A DNA stretch of 64,000 bases from Felis catus (Eukaryota), in assembly GCF_018350175.1 (NCBI RefSeq), contig NC_058368.1:17238001-17302000 (forward strand), given 5' to 3'. Both the position numbers and the translations under genes were made by a program. The notes below the pieces were generated by a model. That model made no database searches, was not told the origin of the DNA, and saw only the letters and a list, made by a program, of their open reading frames with translations. This document shows positions 51,266-64,000 of this stretch, one piece after another (position 1 is the stretch's first letter; each line of letters starts with the position of its first letter).

Positions 51266-51984
51266 CCGTGTTTATCCAGTCCAGCTTCCCTGTGCCTCAG
51301 AGCTTCACTTAATGATACAAGAGATCTCAAACCTTGAAAGATAATTTTTAACTAGAAAGTAACCTATTTGTAAGAATGATTTTGAGCAAGTGGTTCTAAC
51401 TGGCTTAGGTTTTCTGGCCTTAGGGTGCTACAACATCGTTTCGAAAGGAAACAAATGGGCCTCACAGTAGAGAGTGGAAACGAGTTGAGGGACCCGTTTG
51501 AAGTCTCCTTGAGGGACTCCTATGAAGGGAACCTTTTTAAAAGTATGATTTTATTCACTGGTACGTCTCCCATAACTGCTCTCTGTAACCAGGGAGCGGG
51601 CATGGTTTATGAAAAGCTTAAAAAAAAAAGTACTTATAATTTATTATAATATGTTGTGTTATTTCAACACATGAAACCTCTTTGATGTTTTACAATGAAA
51701 CATTTCCATTTTTTACACCCTTTGCCCAAAGGTTTAAGACCTTAGTATGTTCTCTCTATCCACTGTTAGGTGTACAACATGATATTATATAGGAAGCCTG
51801 TTTTGAATATGTGACTTATGAGACAAACATCCACAGATTCTTGGTTAAACCTCAACCATTAGGAAGACAAAGCTTAGAATAACTAGATACTCCTAGTTTA
51901 AGTAAATAATGAAAAACCATCAGGGACAGAAATTTATATTGATTTTAAAAACCAACCTATTTCCCTTTGATGAAAATCCCAAAT

Positions 51985-52170
51985 GGGGTGCCTGGGTGGC
52001 CCAGCTGGTTAAGCGTTTGACTCTTGCTATCAGCTCAAGGCGTAACCTCATGGTTTGTGGGTTCTAACCCCACATTGGGCTCCTTGCTGACAATGCAGAG
52101 CCTGCTTGGGATTCTCTCTGCCCTCCTCTCTCCCTCATTCTCTCTCTCAAAATAAATAAAGTTAAAGAAA

Positions 52171-52222
<52 letters not shown>
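51985..52222 (+). mobile_element. SINEC with (GAAA)n tail
   Basis: GGGGTGCCTGGGTGGC head; tail expanded to (GAAA)n; TSD aaatccca. Confidence 0.92.
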
Positions 52223-52223
<1 letters not shown>

Positions 52224-52516
52224 AATCCCATTAACCAGCACATAGTGTTAACTTTTCACAGAAGACATACAGATAGGGAACTTACACTTACTTGTGCCTG
52301 CTTCCTTATTTCTTTTTTATTTGTTTTCTCTCTGACTTTTAGTGGCCTCGGTATTTGGGAGTCTCTTCCAACTCAAATGTCCTTACTCTCTTTTTTTATT
52401 TAAACTAAGTCCTCTTTGTCTTTGAAGATCTGGCTTCAGCGTAGTCTACTTTGGAAAACCATTAGTGACTTATGTGAAACAACTTCTTTGTGCTCCCTGT
52501 GCCATAAGAGTCCTGA

Positions 52517-52578
52517 GTGAGAGAGAGAGAGACAGACAGACAGACAGAGAGAGAGAGACAAAGAGAGAGAGAGAGAGA

Positions 52579-52618
<40 letters not shown>
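52517..52618. repeat. Compound (GA)n/(GACA)n/(GT)19 microsatellite
   Basis: Direct reading. Confidence 0.93.
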
Positions 52619-52620
<2 letters not shown>

Positions 52621-53239
52621 CACATGTGGGCATTTTAGTAGCTGGTGCTCCTGTCCATTTCCCCCTGGAAACTATGTTTCCTTCATCTGTTCATACTCTA
52701 CCCCTAACATAGTCCTTGCACATCATGCATTTGTTGAATACATGAATAAAATAGGGAACAGATTTAGCTTTTAAAGAATTAAGAACCCAAGAAGGTCTCT
52801 AAACAGTTGTAATTTTAATACTGAATGGATGGAATGTATATATTTTATTACTCAGATTTTTAAAAATTCAAAACAGGATCTAACACAAATCTAAAGGAAA
52901 CAATAAACCAATACCATATTTTTCTCGAATGTCTATGGCAAAGTGCAGGTTGCCAGAGATTATGTAGCGTGCATAAAACTACAGGGAAACTTTGCTTTGA
53001 CTTGTGGAGTGCATACCAGTTCTGAACTATAATTTAAAAATTGGACCTAAGAGTAAATTACAACAAAGTGACGGCCAAGAAATTTTTAAGAGAGCAGAAT
53101 AGAGCAGTGAAGGCAACAGCTTACGTCAGTGTTCGGCATGTAATTGGTGTTCACTAAATATTCATTAGTGTGGAACGCGTGATGTTTCTGGACTGCCGGT
53201 TTGGTGTGATTTAGTGAACAGTTGGTATTGAGGCACCAG

Positions 53240-53960
53240 GGAAATGAGTCTGGACTATAAGGAGGTGACAGATGATGAAAGTTCCTGCATGCCCTGCATT
53301 CTAAGGTTTTGGACTTTGTCCTCAAGGCAATAGGGAGCTAGTGAGGGATTTTCATATGGAAATGCTATGATATAGACTAGCACTTCAGGAAGATTATTGG
53401 GGAACTAAGTGGAGCTTGGACGACAGATAGAAGAGTGTGAAATGATGGACAGATACAACAGGTCAAAAGCTATTGCAGGAAGATTATGTAGGAAATTGCC
53501 ATGGCCAAAAAAAAAAAAAAAAAAAAAAGAGGATAGATTCCAGAGATGTTTAGGACTTGATGGCTGATTAATATGGAAGTGAGTGAATGAGTCGCTGGTA
53601 TGACTCCTCACATTCTGCTTTGGTAGTTGAAAGGAAGAAAGCCCTGTTTCCTACAATACAGAATACATCAGGAGAAACAGCTTTGCAGAAAAAAAAATAG
53701 AGTTCAGCTTTGGACACACATGTGAGTTCCAAGTGCTTATGGGACACGAAGGCAGACGTGCAATGGAAAATGCATGACCTTGCTCGGGAGCTGATGAACG
53801 TGGATTGGATGAGTCTGCAGATTTTAAGGGCATTGGAGTCCAGTGGGAGCTAGAGCCATGAGAATGGATCAAGATCAGCCAGACACAGAACGTTAAGACC
53901 AGCAGATTGCTGAGCATAGAACCCTGGAGAGCAACAGCTAAGGAGTCTCTTGAGAAAGAC
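53240..53960 (-). mobile_element. Old L2 LINE fragment
   Basis: ggactttgtcctcaaggcaatagggagcta..gagggatttt, ggatagattccagagatgttt, gagttcagctttggacac, gagaatggatcaagatca. Confidence 0.6.
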
Positions 53961-54029
53961 AAGCTAATGAAAAGCTTGAAACAAACGAGACATCCAGAGA
54001 GCTCAGAATAAAACCTGGAGGGTAACATC

Positions 54030-54228
54030 AGTTTTGAACTTCAGAAATATTAGCTATATCATACTAGGCAGGGATACTAACCTCTCTAAGTCCTAGCTTC
54101 TCGATTTGAAAGCAGGTATGGCTAAAGTATCGATCTCCTAGAATTTACGTGAGGATGAGGTGATATCGTATATGTGGAGAACTTGTCAATATCTAGCCCA
54201 TAGTAAGTGCACAGTAATTGCTGTTGGT
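54030..54228 (+). mobile_element. MIR SINE relic
   Basis: tactaacctctctaag...gtgaggatgaggtgata...catagtaagtgcacagtaattgct. Confidence 0.65.
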
Positions 54229-55029
54229 GGAGACAGTCTTAGTAGGAATAGAAATTATAAAGTAGTGGTAGTTGTAATAATGATCACCATCATCACTCTT
54301 TTATTGAGAGTTTCAAAAATAATTTAATACGAGTTTTTAAATTGGCAAATATTGGGAACAAAGGAAGACAAATGATAAAACCTGCCCAATGGATTTGACA
54401 ACTTAGGCTGGATTGGTGACCTTGCAAAACCCAATTTTGGTGGGTACCAGGAGACCTCCTGCAATGTGGATAAGGTGTTAATGGAAGGTAAGGAAACTGG
54501 GATTCATTATGTAAAGGCTTCTTTTTTGATTTTTATGGAAAGGAAAAAAAAATAGGGCAACAGTTAGGTGTAGCCCGTTCTGCCTAGCATTCCTGGCCTG
54601 TTTCAACCTGATGCTTCTTGAAACAAAATTGTTCCACCCATAGATGCCTTCTTCTGCTCACACTGGAAGAGTTCTTTCCAGAAGCCTGAACCCACCCAGC
54701 CCGCTCTGATCATGCCTGTCTCCAAGACTCCACCCAAGTCCCAACTGCTCCATGAAGTCTCCTGTTACCTCCCTTCCTTCACTCCTTCACAGGCTCCCTG
54801 TGTTCACTCCTTTAGTGGATAATCCCTTCACCCCAGCCCCAAAGCAATATGGATTGCCTTCATATTTTTCATCTAATTCCCAAACAGATCCTACCCAGTC
54901 ACTCTAAGGGCAGGGATTCCAGGTCGCACTAGGTGATGCAGTATATTGCTAGACCTTGTTTTATTGATAATGATAAAGTAGTTAATTTAAACCTGCTTTT
55001 TTCATTAGCTTAGAAAATGTGATATTGGT

Positions 55030-55205
55030 GGGGGTGCCTGGGCAGCTCAGTTGGTTGAGCGTCAGACTCTTGATTTCGACTGAGGTCATGATCTCACCGT
55101 CGTGAGACTGGCCCCATGTCTGGCTCCATGCTGAGTTTATAGCCTGCTTAATATTCTCTCTCTCCCTCTGCCCCTCTCCCCTCCAAAAAAAAAAATTAAA
55201 AAAAA
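55030..55205 (+). mobile_element. SINEC
   Basis: GGGGTGCCTGGGCAGCTCAG head, A tail; perfect TSD agaaaatgtgatattggt. Confidence 0.94.
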
Positions 55206-55249
55206 AGAAAATGTGATATTGGTGTCAGAAACCCAAATTTACGTATTTC

Positions 55250-55517
55250 TTTAATTTTTAATGTTTATTTTTTAGATATATATATACAGAGAGAGAGAGA
55301 GAAAGAGAGAGAGAGAAGGAGAGAGGGAGAGAGGGAGAGAGGGAGAGAGAGAGCACGAGTGGGGAAGAGGCAGAGAGAAAGAAGGAGACACAGAATCGAA
55401 AGCAGGCTCCAGGCTCCGAGCTGTCAGCACAGAGCTTGACATGGGGCTCGAACTCACAAGAGATCAAGACCTGAGCTGAAGTCGGACACTTAACCGACTG
55501 AGCCACACAGACGCCCC
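55250..55517 (-). mobile_element. SINEC_Fc-type SINE with expanded (GA)n
   Basis: Antisense SINE ending CAGACGCCCC. Confidence 0.93.
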
Positions 55518-56362
55518 TCATACATTTTTAATGTCTGAGAGCATTCAGAAGACCTCGCCCGTGGATGCCTACACAATTTTATCTTTCAGTTTAGAATGGC
55601 TTACATTTATAGCTGTTTAAATAACAAGATGAATCATAGTTCTTCAACTGTTCCTTCCACTCTTATAGTTTAACTATTTGAGTCAGCTTCATGTTATAGA
55701 AATACATAATTGTGATTTATAAACATTGAAGAATGGCAACAAAGCAAACCAAGTGAGATTTTAAACATGCGCCGTTTGAGATGGGGCTTTACCAATGCGT
55801 GCGCTGTTAGGAGCTATAGCCTCTCAAATGAACTTGAAAATCTATGAATTGATATGATTATTTGGAGCCAATCGGTACATTTAATGATCATGTTACTCTC
55901 TGTGCTATAGTCTTTGCTGCAAGAACAAAAGAGACCAGGAAAATTACAGGATCCTATTTGCAAGCTTTATTCCTCATTAGGGAACAAATGGATCATTCCA
56001 TATTCAGTTGTAATTTCGTTGCAGCACTCGTCATGATGAAAAATTTAATATAGTGTTATTGGCTCCGTAGGCACCAGTACATATGATAATTAAAATTTTA
56101 ATTGCGGATAGAGACCCAGTTGTATGTTCCCACTTAAGAAAATCAAGTTCTTGTATGTCAAGGTTTTAGGAAACTTTTATGCATGACATTAATTTGGAAG
56201 CTTGCCCCAATATTAGTGGTTTGTTTAAAGAGGATAGGAATAAGGATTAGACTTGCAACTCTTGACTCTTTGCCTGCCTTAATAGTGATGAGGAAGACAG
56301 TTCCTCCGGAAAGTGAAGAATAACTTTCATTGGTAAGCAGTGCAGCCCTCTTGTGTACATAC

Positions 56363-56363
<1 letters not shown>

Positions 56364-56400
<37 letters not shown>
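56364..56400. repeat. (AC)n microsatellite
   Basis: Direct reading. Confidence 0.93.
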
Positions 56401-56403
<3 letters not shown>

Positions 56404-59293
56404 TCCATAATAATATTTAAGAATATATATTTTTGCTTTATACACATTGACTCCACATCCTCACCCTCTAACATATGTCACAAGGTAGGAAACTGAGGCA
56501 CAGAGAATTTAATAAGATATCTCAAGCCATATGTAGTCATTGGCAGAGCCGAGATTCAAAGCTCCCCAGAGCTACCTCAGAAGCACGTGTTTCTTCCGCA
56601 AAACCATGCTGCCCGAAGCGAGGGCAGAATGGCCACAAAAGAGACATGTGAGGCTCATGCCTGATTCAGCCCTGAGAGGGGAAACAGTGCTAGATGTTCA
56701 GAAAGAAAAAATGAGAGAACGCCAGGAGTATGCTGTGCTCTTTTAACACATTTTAAAACATTGAAGAAATATTATCGATTCCAAGTTACAAATAAGCGGA
56801 ATTACTCTCGAATGAAGATCTTGTGTGCCCAAAAGCGAGTCGTGGAATGACCACAAACTTGGAGCTTAATATATTTTCCCGAAAAATCAATATACGGGGA
56901 CAGTCGAGGCAGCGTGGGTCTGTAAAACGTAGTACGTGGCAAACAACTAGAAGCGTGGACCTCTCTTGTTCCAGGGAAGTCACTGTCAGAAGTGAATTAA
57001 GGCACTGGACATACTTGCTCTTAGTTTTTCCTACGGAACACCACAAATCTGAGAAAGCTGTTACCTTAATAGCACTTCACCTAATGGGCTCCCTGACCCT
57101 TAACCTTTTGAAAGGATTGTTTTCATTTTCTCTGAAAATGAATGGAAGCAGCTGTGTTCATCAGTCATGGGAAGTAATTATCCACCTGGAAGGTTACGTA
57201 GTCACTGGTCTAGGCATGCATTTTTGTGAGGAAGTGAAAGTAGGAATCATTTCATCAAAACACCAGTGACAAATCTCCCAAAGCCAAAGTGTGTACGTCT
57301 AGGGCCAAAGTCTGATATGCTGTCTGAAGGTAAAGGAGGCTCTGAGGTTTTTCTGAATATTTTTTTCTTACTGTTCATCTAAAAAATATTGGCAATAAAA
57401 AATACATGTTGATCAGAGGCTGGAAACGTGCTGTGAGTAAACCACTAAAAATATATCTTTGAATCGGTCGACTAAAATAAGGCAAAGTAGCACTCTAATT
57501 ACAGTAAGAGCTAGACAATAATTTTCCAGTCTTGAAAATTTCTTCCTTATAGGATACCCAACTGTTCAGGTTTTAAGTATCTCTACCTGGGCTTGAGCCC
57601 ATGTTTACAGCCCCCACTCAGCCTAAGTGGTTTACAGACCCATTTAGGGCAGGTGAATAGAGGTGGATACAACTTTAAGAGTGCTGCAAAAATATGCATT
57701 TGTAAATCTGATAACGACTATTTCTGCTGTGCTCTGTGAAGCAGGATTCCCTAGTCTATAGGATATAGAATCATGAAAGTGAGAAATAGGGTCAGATGCC
57801 TCATATAGAGCAATTATGTGGACTACTAAGGGTACTGGAATGTGAATTCGGCCTGGGGGACAAAACGGGCTAGCTGTGAGGAGCTCCACGGTACCATCAC
57901 CTCATAAAGCCTTTTTAGAGTCCGTAGGCACAAATAAGGTCTTTGGGCTTTTCCCAAGGCCGATTTCATTTTTTACTTTCTCCACTCTTCCAAAGCTGTT
58001 ACACTTGTACATCTGCTTTCCAGATTTCAAATGTGATTGCTTTTGCATTCTTTCTTATTCTCTGGTTTTGGAGGGATCATGCCATTTTATTGTTTATAGG
58101 GTTATGATTTTGAGGGGCTTCCAAAGAGAGTAGAAGTATCTACGTGTAATCTGTGCATAAGCTTCTAACCATGAGCCTCAACCCTTTTTTCACTACTACA
58201 CTACAATAGTTCTTCCAATGAGTTTTGAGTTTAGGATTTAAATCAGGATTTAACTTGGTGCCCTATCTCTACATTGGCAAGAACCAACATTTGTACACTA
58301 TGGCAACTGTTCAATAATCATCAGGACAAAAGCAATCATGTTGTTGGTCAAAATGGCCCAATAGCAAGATCTGAACTAGGTTTTCTTGCAAAACTTAGAC
58401 ATTGAACTAGGACTGAAAATACTGTGATATTTTATGTGCATAAAACTTAACATACTTTACAAACTTATGTGTATAGAACATTGGAATAAAAGAACAAGTA
58501 AATAAAATGAGTCTCTGTTGAACAAAACTGATGCCACTAAATCCATGCACGATACTTACAGATATGTCCCTATGTCCAAAAGGGTCTCCTCTTGTCCAAA
58601 TCTGTTCTTAACTTACAATCCAGAGATGCTCCAGCCAAGTTGATATTTGGCATACTTGAGTAAATTTTCCACCAAAGTTTTTATCACTCTAGATGGTACG
58701 TTCTTTACCACTATGCTTTCTCCCCCAAAACTGTATGTGGCAAGGTGTCTCCCATTTGGTTCACTGAGAGCCTGCATTCATTTGTCTCATTTTTTCAGTC
58801 TCCCAGAAGATTTCAGGGATAACAGTAGGATGGGGGTAGAGAGTCTAGCAAAGGAAGTGAGCATCGATAACATAAGTGCCAGCAAACTACTTACAATAAT
58901 GGAAGGAAGAGAAATCTGTTTTCGAAAAAGCCCAGAAACTCAAATGGCACAATGGGGCCATTTAGCGTAAGCACAGAAAGTCTTATAGTCTCAGTAAGCC
59001 ACGAGGCATCACTTTATTACAGAGCAACACAGTAACAGCTGTTCATCATTATGTTCCTGTGTATTCAAGCCTGTGTGTGTCCCTCCTCTAAACCACTGTA
59101 GCACCCTTCACTCCCCAATATTTCTGTCCCTACCAAACACAACAGTAAAGATGTCTTTCTTTGTCTTTTCCCTTACCACATCATGAGCTTGCCTTTTATG
59201 TCCGTGTCCCCAGCACCTAGCACAGTGACTTATTCATGGTAACTACTCATAACTACTTATATAATAAATGGACTAATAAAATGGGTAGTAACT

Positions 59294-59506
59294 GGGGCTC
59301 CTGGGTGGCTCAGTCAGTTGGGGTCTGACTTCGGCTCAGGTCATGATCTCACGGTTCGTGGTTTGAGCCCTACATCGGGCTGTGTGCTGACAGCTCAGAG
59401 CCTGGAGCTTGCTTCGGATTCTGTGTCTGTCTCTTTCTCTCTCTCTCCCCCCCCCTCCCCTGCTCACTGTCTTTCAAAAATAAATAAATGTTAAAAAAAA
59501 TTAAAA
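59294..59506 (+). mobile_element. SINEC_Fc-type SINE
   Basis: GGGGCTCCTGGGTGGCTCAGTC head to AATAAATAAATGTTAAAAAAAA tail. Confidence 0.93.
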
Positions 59507-60420
59507 TTGGCAGTGATGAATATATATACATATGTATATGTGTATATATATATGTATGTATATGTATATGTATGTGTATATATACGTATATATATACATG
59601 TGCATATATATATATTTTTTTTTTTTTACAGAAACAGTTACAGGTAAATATTGCTGAAGATCAGTGAAATACTTTGGAAACAAACCATGAAAAGTCACAT
59701 TCCCCTAATTCTTACAAGAATAGAAGGGGAGAGATGGAAAAAAGATAAGGTGAACAGAGTCAACACAAAGATGTTTTTGAATTTAAAGAGTGTCAGCTAA
59801 GAATATAAATGATTAACACCCATGAAGTCAGAACAGAAGCATCTGAAATATGCTGTTACTGTAGTTCTAGCTAACAGATTAGTGGCAAACCTTAGCTCTT
59901 CTTTGAATGACCCCAACTTGTTACCAAATTTAAAATAATCCCAAATAATTCTATAGATGTCAACTCTTTAATTAAAAAGGAATGCCACCATCCTCCTCCA
60001 GGCGTTAGGAAGATTTGCAACAGTACTTGTCCTCACAGATGCACTGATGCAGTAACAAATCATCACAACCATTATTTATTTAGTTTTACATAAGCCAACG
60101 TGACATTGAAGTTCCCTGAATTACCTATTTCTCACTACAAGCCGAACTGTATACATTCAGATTACAGCTTGTGTTTTTCTAAAGCAAATTCATTCACGGC
60201 CAATAAAATATTAATTAGGGAGAATGGCCCAACAATCCTCATATATTAAGGTGATACCCACAAAGAAAATAGAACTATAAGGAACACAAATAGTATAAGG
60301 AATCTGCAAGATTGGGGGGGGAGGGTAAATGTTCACAAATTCACCAGGTTTTAATCTAATTCAATTATTTTAAATTCTTTTTAAAGTGTATTTTTTATTT
60401 TAAGAAGAAAAGTGTTGTTG

Positions 60421-60505
60421 GGATGAGCACTGGAACCAATATTACACTGTATGTCAACTAACTAGGACTTAAATAAAAAACTTGAAACAAGAAAAGAAAG
60501 AAAAA

Positions 60506-60550
<45 letters not shown>
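60421..60550 (+). mobile_element. Very short L1 3'-end insertion with (GAAA)n tail
   Basis: ggatgagcactgg/aaccaatattacactgtatgtcaactaactaggacttaaataaaaaacttgaaa is a carnivore L1 terminus with an internal deletion; 15-bp TSD agaaaag(t/c)gttgttg. Confidence 0.8.
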
Positions 60551-60553
<3 letters not shown>

Positions 60554-63500
60554 AAAGCGTTGTTGAACATGCTATTCATATTTTGTGATACATCTTCATA
60601 GGAAGTTCCAATCTGGGCTGCAAAGTCAATCTTGAAACATACCTCATTTAAATAAAGTTATTTGGACTTCATGCCATAGTTAAAATCTTTGGGTATATTC
60701 CCTAACATTTCATATATATATTTTTTTTTCATTCTGGCATGACTACTTATAAAGTTCTGGCTTGGTGCTTAATCAGCTCCCTGGAAACACCAGGCTCACT
60801 TCCATCGTTCCTCTGTGGTTTTCCCATTTTGTCTTTTTGTCCTATTTCCCATTTTGTCCTATTTTGTCTTTTCAAAAGGGATAAACTTGAAAATTTAAAA
60901 ATATTTGTCATAATTTGCCCCCTTCTCCTCTAGTGACCGGAGAAGTCTAGGTTGGTGCACCAATCCAGTCACTGTTATCTCAGATCCTTATATAAATCCT
61001 GTCCATAGAAAAGCTCGGTTTTTCTTTTTTTTAATCCAATATATCGGAGGCACAGATTGAAACCAGGAAAACAGACGGTCAGTGCCGGGGTATTATCCAT
61101 ATTTTTAGAACAGAGCTGGGGGCAAAAGTGGGAATTTTCTTCCTGAGTGTGCTTGCTTGCCTACCTCATTTCTCCTTCTCTTCCTGGCTCTTTACGGCTA
61201 GCCTCTGTTTGGGGCCCTGTGCCAAGTTCACATTCTGGTAATGTACACGTTCGAGTCTGCACGATCCACCTGTATGAGGAATCCAGTCCCATTTCTCACT
61301 CTCGTGATCCCTGTACCATATACATGAGGGAATCTTGTCCACTGAAGACAGCACAAATACTCATTCCCAGGTGTTCGGGGGTATCTTGTTTTGTAGAACT
61401 CTTAGAGTTTCCTTCGTCTCTACTCATCCGTCCTAACTTGGCCTTTACATAATTGATGCTAACTAGGAACCCTAAAAATAAGTTCAAATCTCTGGACTTT
61501 TTTCTTCATAACGACATCCCAGGACTGTTTGATTTTTTTGATGAGGCCTGTAAACAAGTTCCTAAGTAGAAAAAGAAACCTGGGCACTATCGAAGCTATC
61601 ATATGTCTTCAGACTTTTCCCAAAGAAAGAGCGGCAATACCGTGTAGGTATGTTGACCACAACAAGAAATAAGGCTGTGGTCCAGATTTTGCCAAAACAT
61701 ATCAGAGTGTCCACATTTATATTCACGACACTCAAAATCATTTTTCTAGCCGCAATTCTCTCTAGAAATGACAGAGGCGAAGGGTGGGGACAGGCCGGTG
61801 GGTGGTGGTGGAAAGATGAAGTAAACCAATCATGGGATTCTTCTTCCAAGGAGTAAATGCTCTAGACTCCCTGGCCGACTAACCAAGAATAATGGTCTAG
61901 AGTAGGCAACAATTAGTGGGATGTCCCTCCTTAAAAACATCTCCTCTGGCAGAAGAATAATGTCAAAAAGCCCCTTATTTAGAAGAAACGTCGCAAAGAT
62001 AAAATCATGCATATTTTAGGCCAAATAACTGAGTTAAGACAAGTTGTCCCATAGCTGACAATGTTTACGTACAGGGGTTTATAACTGAGGCTAGGAGGAA
62101 AGAAGGAAAATGCAGAGCTGAAGGGCCAACACGCAAGGAGTGAGGGCTTTAAATGGCCAGAAAGGGATCTGAGTACTCCAGAGAACGAGCGAAGGTGTGG
62201 AAGAGGAATTTACCAACACAGGAGGTGCACAAACCCTGCCTGTTTGGCAGTTGTGCCTGGGTCCTTGGTGGAAACCAGGGCAGAATTCCAAATACTGGCC
62301 AGGTGTAGCTTTCCATACGAGCTCAGATATCTTAATTCAGGCCTTGAGAGTGCAAGCTAGGGCAGTTCCGCCCATTTCCCTCGTTCAGATTCACTGAGTC
62401 CAGCTTCTGTGATGTCTATCAGGTATTTCCTGTTAGAGTCTCACCACCCACCGACCCTGACCCTCCCATACTGACACAGGGCAGTAAAAAAGGGAAGAAA
62501 TATGGTGTTCCCCACATTTCATTCACTTTGTTATCGTTAGGTGCTAACACGTATTACGAGATTTTCCTCTCTTAAGAAACCATTTTGAGACTCTTCTATA
62601 TTCCTCAAAGATCATTTTCTTCTTATTCTTTAAAGGGTTCTCATGATCTGGTTTTCTGTTTGTGTAAATTTTATCTTGTAAGGATTTTCAGTGTCAGTTT
62701 CCTGACGGCCCAAAGTGGATATATATGTATATGCGTATGTGTGTGTGTATAAAACATACACATACGCCTATACGTATATTCATTCGTTGCCCTAAATCTC
62801 CAGAGCACCTGGTATACATACAGTTCCATACATATATGACCCAGTAGTGGCGTTAATTAACATTTTCCATCTTCTTTCGGTTCTTCAGTGAATGAAAGAT
62901 ATTTTCCAGCAGAACTGGACAGCAACCAGTTGAGACGTGAGTCGTTGACTCAAAGATGTCTTTCTGCTCCCTTCTAAAATTGATGAGTGCCGAGCTACAG
63001 CATTTATCCCACTCTCATGGGAAGTAGTTACCGATCAGGGTGAGGAAGAAGTGCAGACTAGGGAACAATGTGCTTTCAGATTTTTTATCTGTTTATCAGC
63101 CTTAACGTTTTTGTTGCAGCATTATCCTCTTTCTAAAACCCGGCTTAGTCAGTTCTTCCCGTGCCGGTTGTTTTAATAGCTTCAGAAGCATTCTTTTTAG
63201 TAAGCCTTTAAATCCCTTATCAGAGCTGGGCAGATCATAGGGTTCAAATATCCACAGGGAGTAAGATCCAACTCAAAAAAATGGGAGGCTGACATGGCTC
63301 GTTGTACGTTGTTGGTGATTTCAGCTGCGTTTTTTGGAACTGGCCAAAATCCTAATCTTTGTCTCCTGTGACATCTGATCCCGCATTTGACTAATTAAAA
63401 AACATGGCTGGGACACTATCCTGTTCAACCACAAAAAAAGCAAAGCGTCTCCACCAATCCCTGTGGTCTCTCCGGAACAAGTATACCAGTAGTCCGTTGG

Positions 63501-64000
63501 GTTTATGTGAACTTAACTTTGGTTTTGTTGGTATTCTACGAGCTCATGTATTTACTTTGCCATTTAGATTAGGGAATGGAAGTGTCTTGAACCAGAATTT
63601 GTACAGCTGACAGAAAAAGGGGGAAATGACTTCATTTTATTGGTTTTGTTCCTCAAGACTATAAAATGCAATCCCAACTTTTGGTGTCAAATGTCTACAA
63701 TTGAAAATTATATTACTTGGATGCGATTGATGCTGTACAAGCCTCTCTGCTCATATGTAGATTTTAAATGGTTTGTACCCAGACCCATCTTGTCCCAACG
63801 GACATTCTATAGGACAGAGTCTCACCCAGTACCTTGAAAACTGGGTTCCCTGGTGAGATGAGATTGGGTAGTGCCACATGCTCTATCCCTCCCATACATG
63901 CTTAGAGCACATTCCCTTATCGAAGTCACGAAGACATGTGAGAGTAAAGAATTCTGTATACATAGCTTAATCCCAGGACATTTCTCTTCTAGTTGACTCA

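Noticed and set aside
13451..55521. Recurring ORFs with motifs such as AQSVKRPTSAQVMIS / SLEPASDSVSPSLS
   Set aside because: Translations of SINEC elements, not a protein family.
13641..55684. Scattered AP-1 sites (TGAGTCA/TGACTCA) and lone p53/p63-type half-sites
   Set aside because: Counts look compatible with chance in 64 kb; no convincing cluster or full p63 site.
640..59506. tRNA-like A-box/B-box sequences
   Set aside because: All are heads of tRNA-derived SINEs; no complete cloverleaf tRNA gene was seen.
62721..62780. Imperfect inverted repeat of (TG/TA)-type sequence
   Set aside because: Low-complexity purine-pyrimidine repeats self-complement easily; several mismatches.
16620..64000. 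FREM2 exon 3 or another nested protein-coding gene
   Set aside because: I found no segment with splice sites continuing FREM2-like sequence and no processed pseudogene; a very short or diverged exon could have been missed by eye.

Overview
Mammalian genomic DNA from a cat-family (felid/feliform) carnivore, judged from 22 tRNA-derived CAN-SINE/SINEC_Fc-type elements. The window holds the 5' end of FREM2 on the + strand: a CpG-island promoter, a very large first coding exon (CDS 6086-11267: signal peptide plus most of the cadherin-like CSPG repeat array), a 5.3-kb intron, a 90-nt exon 2 (16530-16619), and about 47 kb of intron 2. I found no exon 3. The rest is intronic or intergenic DNA with SINEs, L1/L2/MIR/MaLR/hAT relics and microsatellites. 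I see no evidence of a new multi-gene system. The best leads are: a perfect 123-bp inverted duplication around a TA-rich spacer at 29.1-29.6 kb; a possible intronic-polyadenylation isoform giving a secreted, anchor-less FREM2; paired loss of acidic motif residues at one CSPG repeat junction; a run of 13 consecutive antisense SINEs; a perfect 21-bp-arm hairpin; and a SINE-dated local duplication. Repeat subfamily names come from recognition by eye, not a database search. Boundaries of old repeats are approximate.
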